Assembly (NCBI GenBank): GCA_963848295.1
Contig: CAWKDB010000010.1
Location: forward strand, 2,720,001-2,784,000
Length of the DNA stretch: 64,000 nt
From: an uncultured delta proteobacterium
Lineage (GTDB): Bacteria > Myxococcota_A > Polyangia > Haliangiales > Haliangiaceae
Reading direction: 5' to 3'
The translations under genes were made by a program, and so were the position numbers. This document shows, piece by piece, positions 61,601-64,000 of this stretch. The notes below the pieces were generated by a model, which was not told where the DNA came from, made no database searches, and saw only the letters and a list, made by a program, of their open reading frames with translations. The number at the start of each line of letters is the position of its first letter. The stretch's first letter is position 1.

Positions 61601-62790
61601 AGCGTCTCGCACTGCTCGTCGTGGGTGTGAAATGGCCCCCGGAGTCTTTCATCTGGCGACGCCTCGTCCAACTCTCGGCGAAGGGAGTCGAGGTCTCGGT
61701 CGCGACACCGACTCCCGGAGCGCGGCCGATCTCGACGGCTCCGGATGTGCGACCGATCCCGATTCCCGATTACCGCGCTTCGATCGCGAGCACGGTGCCT
61801 CGGTTGGTCGCACAAGGTGTTGCCAGTGCGGTCCGTTCGGCGCGAGGACGCAGCTGGATGGCCAGCGCGCTCCGCCGGGGCCCGACTCGCGCAAACTATA
61901 GCGAGCTGCGTCGATTCTTACCGCTGATCGACCGTCGGCCCGACGTCGTCCACTTCGAGTGGATCACCGCCGCTATCGACCATCTGCCGCTGTGGTCGGT
62001 ATGGAATGTGCCGGTCGTCGTCAGCTGTCGCGGCACGCAAGTCAACGTCCGCGCACTCGCCGAGCCCGAGCTCGCGATGCGGATGCGCGATGTGTTCGCA
62101 CGCGCGACTGCCGTACATTGTGTGTCCCGCGCGATCCGCGACGTCGCGGTTCCTTTGGGCCTCGAGCCCGCGAAAGCAGTCGTGATCCCTCCGGCGGTCG
62201 ACCCCTCGGTTTTCTCGCCGGCGAGCGCCCCGCGTCGGCCCGACGGAGTGTTTCGGATCGCAGCGATCGGGTCGTGGACGTGGCCCAAGGGCCACGAGTA
62301 CATGCTGCTCGCGATACGCGGTCTACTCGATCGCGGCATCCGAGCGAAGGTCGTGATCGTCGGAACCGGGCCCGACCACCAACGGCTGCGCTTCACGATC
62401 AACGATCTCGGCCTCGATGATCATGTCGAGCTCGTCGGCGCGCTCGCTCCGAAGGACGTCGTCGCGACGCTACGTACGTGTGATGCACTGGTCCTAGCGA
62501 GCGTGTCCGAGGGAATCTCCAATGCGGTGCTCGAAGCGATGGCCTGCGGTCTCCCTGTCGTGACAACCGATTGCGGCGGCATGCGCGAGGTCGTCGACGA
62601 CGGCGTCGAGGGTTACGTCGTCCCGGTGCGAGATCCGCACGCGATGACAGGCGCGCTCGAACGCCTAGCGGCCGAGCCGCGAGCCAGGGCAGAGATGGGG
62701 AACGCCGGCCGCCGGCGGATCGAGTCGGCGCACATGCTCTCCGCTCAGACCGAGCAGTTCCTGCAGCTCTACGATCGGATTCGCGCGTGA
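61597..62790 (+). CDS. Glycosyltransferase family 4
   Basis: WPPESFI, PKG, SEGISNAVLEAMACG. Confidence 0.92.
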   Translation: MKRLALLVVGVKWPPESFIWRRLVQLSAKGVEVSVATPTPGARPISTAPDVRPIPIPDYRASIASTVPRLVAQGVASAVRSARGRSWMASALRRGPTRANYSELRRFLPLIDRRPDVVHFEWITAAIDHLPLWSVWNVPVVVSCRGTQVNVRALAEPELAMRMRDVFARATAVHCVSRAIRDVAVPLGLEPAKAVVIPPAVDPSVFSPASAPRRPDGVFRIAAIGSWTWPKGHEYMLLAIRGLLDRGIRAKVVIVGTGPDHQRLRFTINDLGLDDHVELVGALAPKDVVATLRTCDALVLASVSEGISNAVLEAMACGLPVVTTDCGGMREVVDDGVEGYVVPVRDPHAMTGALERLAAEPRARAEMGNAGRRRIESAHMLSAQTEQFLQLYDRIRA

Positions 62791-64000
62791 CGCGGATCGC
62801 GATGATCGTGCCTTCGTTCCCGCGACTTTCGGAGACGTTCATCGTCAACAAGCTGCTCGGGTTGCTGGACCGCGGCTACGACGCTCACATCGTTTGCCAC
62901 GCGAGCGAGGAACGTGAATGGCGACGGTTCCCTCAGCTCACCAGCCGCGAGTTGCGGAACCGGGTACACCTGACGTGGCCGATCGCACCGCGCTGGCGCG
63001 TACCGATGTCCGCGGTCGCCGCGGCGTGGTCGATCGGCGGGCGCGAACTGCGAGTCGCGACCCGATATGCGCGTCGGGCGTGGAAGACGTTCGGGCTCGC
63101 CGCGGCCAAGTCGCTCCTGCTCGAGGCTCGGCTGCTCGAGCTCGAGCCGGAGCTGCTCCATTTCGAGTTCGGCTCGGCCGCCCGGCAGCGAATCGTCATC
63201 AAGGATGTGATCGGAGCGCGAGTCATCGTGAGCTTTCGCGGTCACGATCTCAACTTCGTCGGACTCGACGATCCGCACCACTACGAGTCCGTCTGGCAAC
63301 GCGCCGACGCGATTCACTGTCTCGGCGAGGATCTCTGGCGACAGGCGATCCTGCGCGGTTGTCCACCTACGATGAAGCATGCGCTGATCTCGCCCGCGGT
63401 AGACCTCGCGCGGTTCTCGTCGTTGTCTCCGCGCGACCCGGGCGAGGTCGGAACCGCAGGTCGGCCCCTGCGTGTCATCTGCATCGGGCGGCTCGACTGG
63501 ACGAAAGGCTACGAGTACGCGCTGTCGGCTTTGCGTCGCGTGCTCGATGCAGGTGTCGCGTGCGAGCTACGCGTCATCGGCGGCGGTGAATTTCGCCCTG
63601 CTGTCGAGCACGCTCGCGCTCAGCTCGGCCTCGGAGCCGAGGTACAGCTGCTGGATGCCCTCGCGCCGGACGCGATCACGCAGCACCTCGGTTGGGCCGA
63701 CGTGATGCTTCATCTGGCCGTTACCGAGGGGTTTTGCAACGCGGTGATCGAGGCCCAGGCATCGGGGATTCCGGTGGTTTGCTCGGACGCCGGTGGCTTA
63801 CCGGAGAACGTCTCGCACGGTGAGACTGCCTTTGTCGTGGCGCGGCGCGACCCTCGCGCGGCGGCACATCATCTGGTCGCGCTCGCGGGCGACGGACAAC
63901 TCCGTCACCGGTTAGGAGCGGCCGGCCAGCAACGCGCCCGCGTGCGCTATCGGCTTGACGACCAAATTGACTCCTTCGATCGGCTGTATCGAGAGGTCTT
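62787..64000 (+). CDS. Glycosyltransferase family 4 (runs off the window end; absent from the ORF track)
   Basis: GTG 62787: VTRIAMIVPSFPRLSETFI...SFRGHD...GRLDWTKG...TEGFCNAVIEAQASG. Confidence 0.9.
   Translation, partial: MTRIAMIVPSFPRLSETFIVNKLLGLLDRGYDAHIVCHASEEREWRRFPQLTSRELRNRVHLTWPIAPRWRVPMSAVAAAWSIGGRELRVATRYARRAWKTFGLAAAKSLLLEARLLELEPELLHFEFGSAARQRIVIKDVIGARVIVSFRGHDLNFVGLDDPHHYESVWQRADAIHCLGEDLWRQAILRGCPPTMKHALISPAVDLARFSSLSPRDPGEVGTAGRPLRVICIGRLDWTKGYEYALSALRRVLDAGVACELRVIGGGEFRPAVEHARAQLGLGAEVQLLDALAPDAITQHLGWADVMLHLAVTEGFCNAVIEAQASGIPVVCSDAGGLPENVSHGETAFVVARRDPRAAAHHLVALAGDGQLRHRLGAAGQQRARVRYRLDDQIDSFDRLYREV

Overview
High-GC bacterial DNA. The gene content points to a Myxococcota genome, probably Kofleriaceae/Haliangiales-like (inference from the PEGA/TPR proteins, Ser/Thr kinase, DUF2378-like protein, AgmX/PglI-type C-terminal domain, and many Cys-rich lipoproteins with DAAIDA/GSGS linkers). 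Several genes in the first ~30 kb carry single-base frameshifts that look like long-read errors. The left half (1-35 kb) has: an ECF sigma factor followed by a ~1450-aa ZAS-TM-FecR-VIT-vWA-TPR-AgmX_C fusion protein; an acyl-CoA carboxylase beta subunit; lipoproteins; an orphan DNA methyltransferase next to a nested inverted-repeat element; a PEGA/lipoprotein/kinase operon; a split, miniaturised copper-amine-oxidase-like gene pair; and a threefold tandem array of lipoprotein + beta-barrel gene pairs. Three unrelated toxin-antitoxin loci (ParE-type, CcdAB relic, MNT-HEPN) lie within and next to this array. The most striking signal is that each TA locus sits just downstream of a host gene and is bracketed by a 20-35 bp direct repeat of that gene's 3' end (perfect, 18/20, and decayed). 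No integrase or transposase is nearby, which suggests a transposase-free TA cassette insertion route. The right half (33-64 kb) is a polysaccharide locus: DegT and Gfo enzymes, Wzy/ligase-TPR, short OPX, Wzc, outer-membrane barrel, Wzm/Wzt, GT2/GT4s, deacetylases, methyltransferases, a sulfotransferase and a GNAT. It is interrupted by a 3'-truncated ISAzo13-family element. No rRNA, tRNA or CRISPR array was seen.
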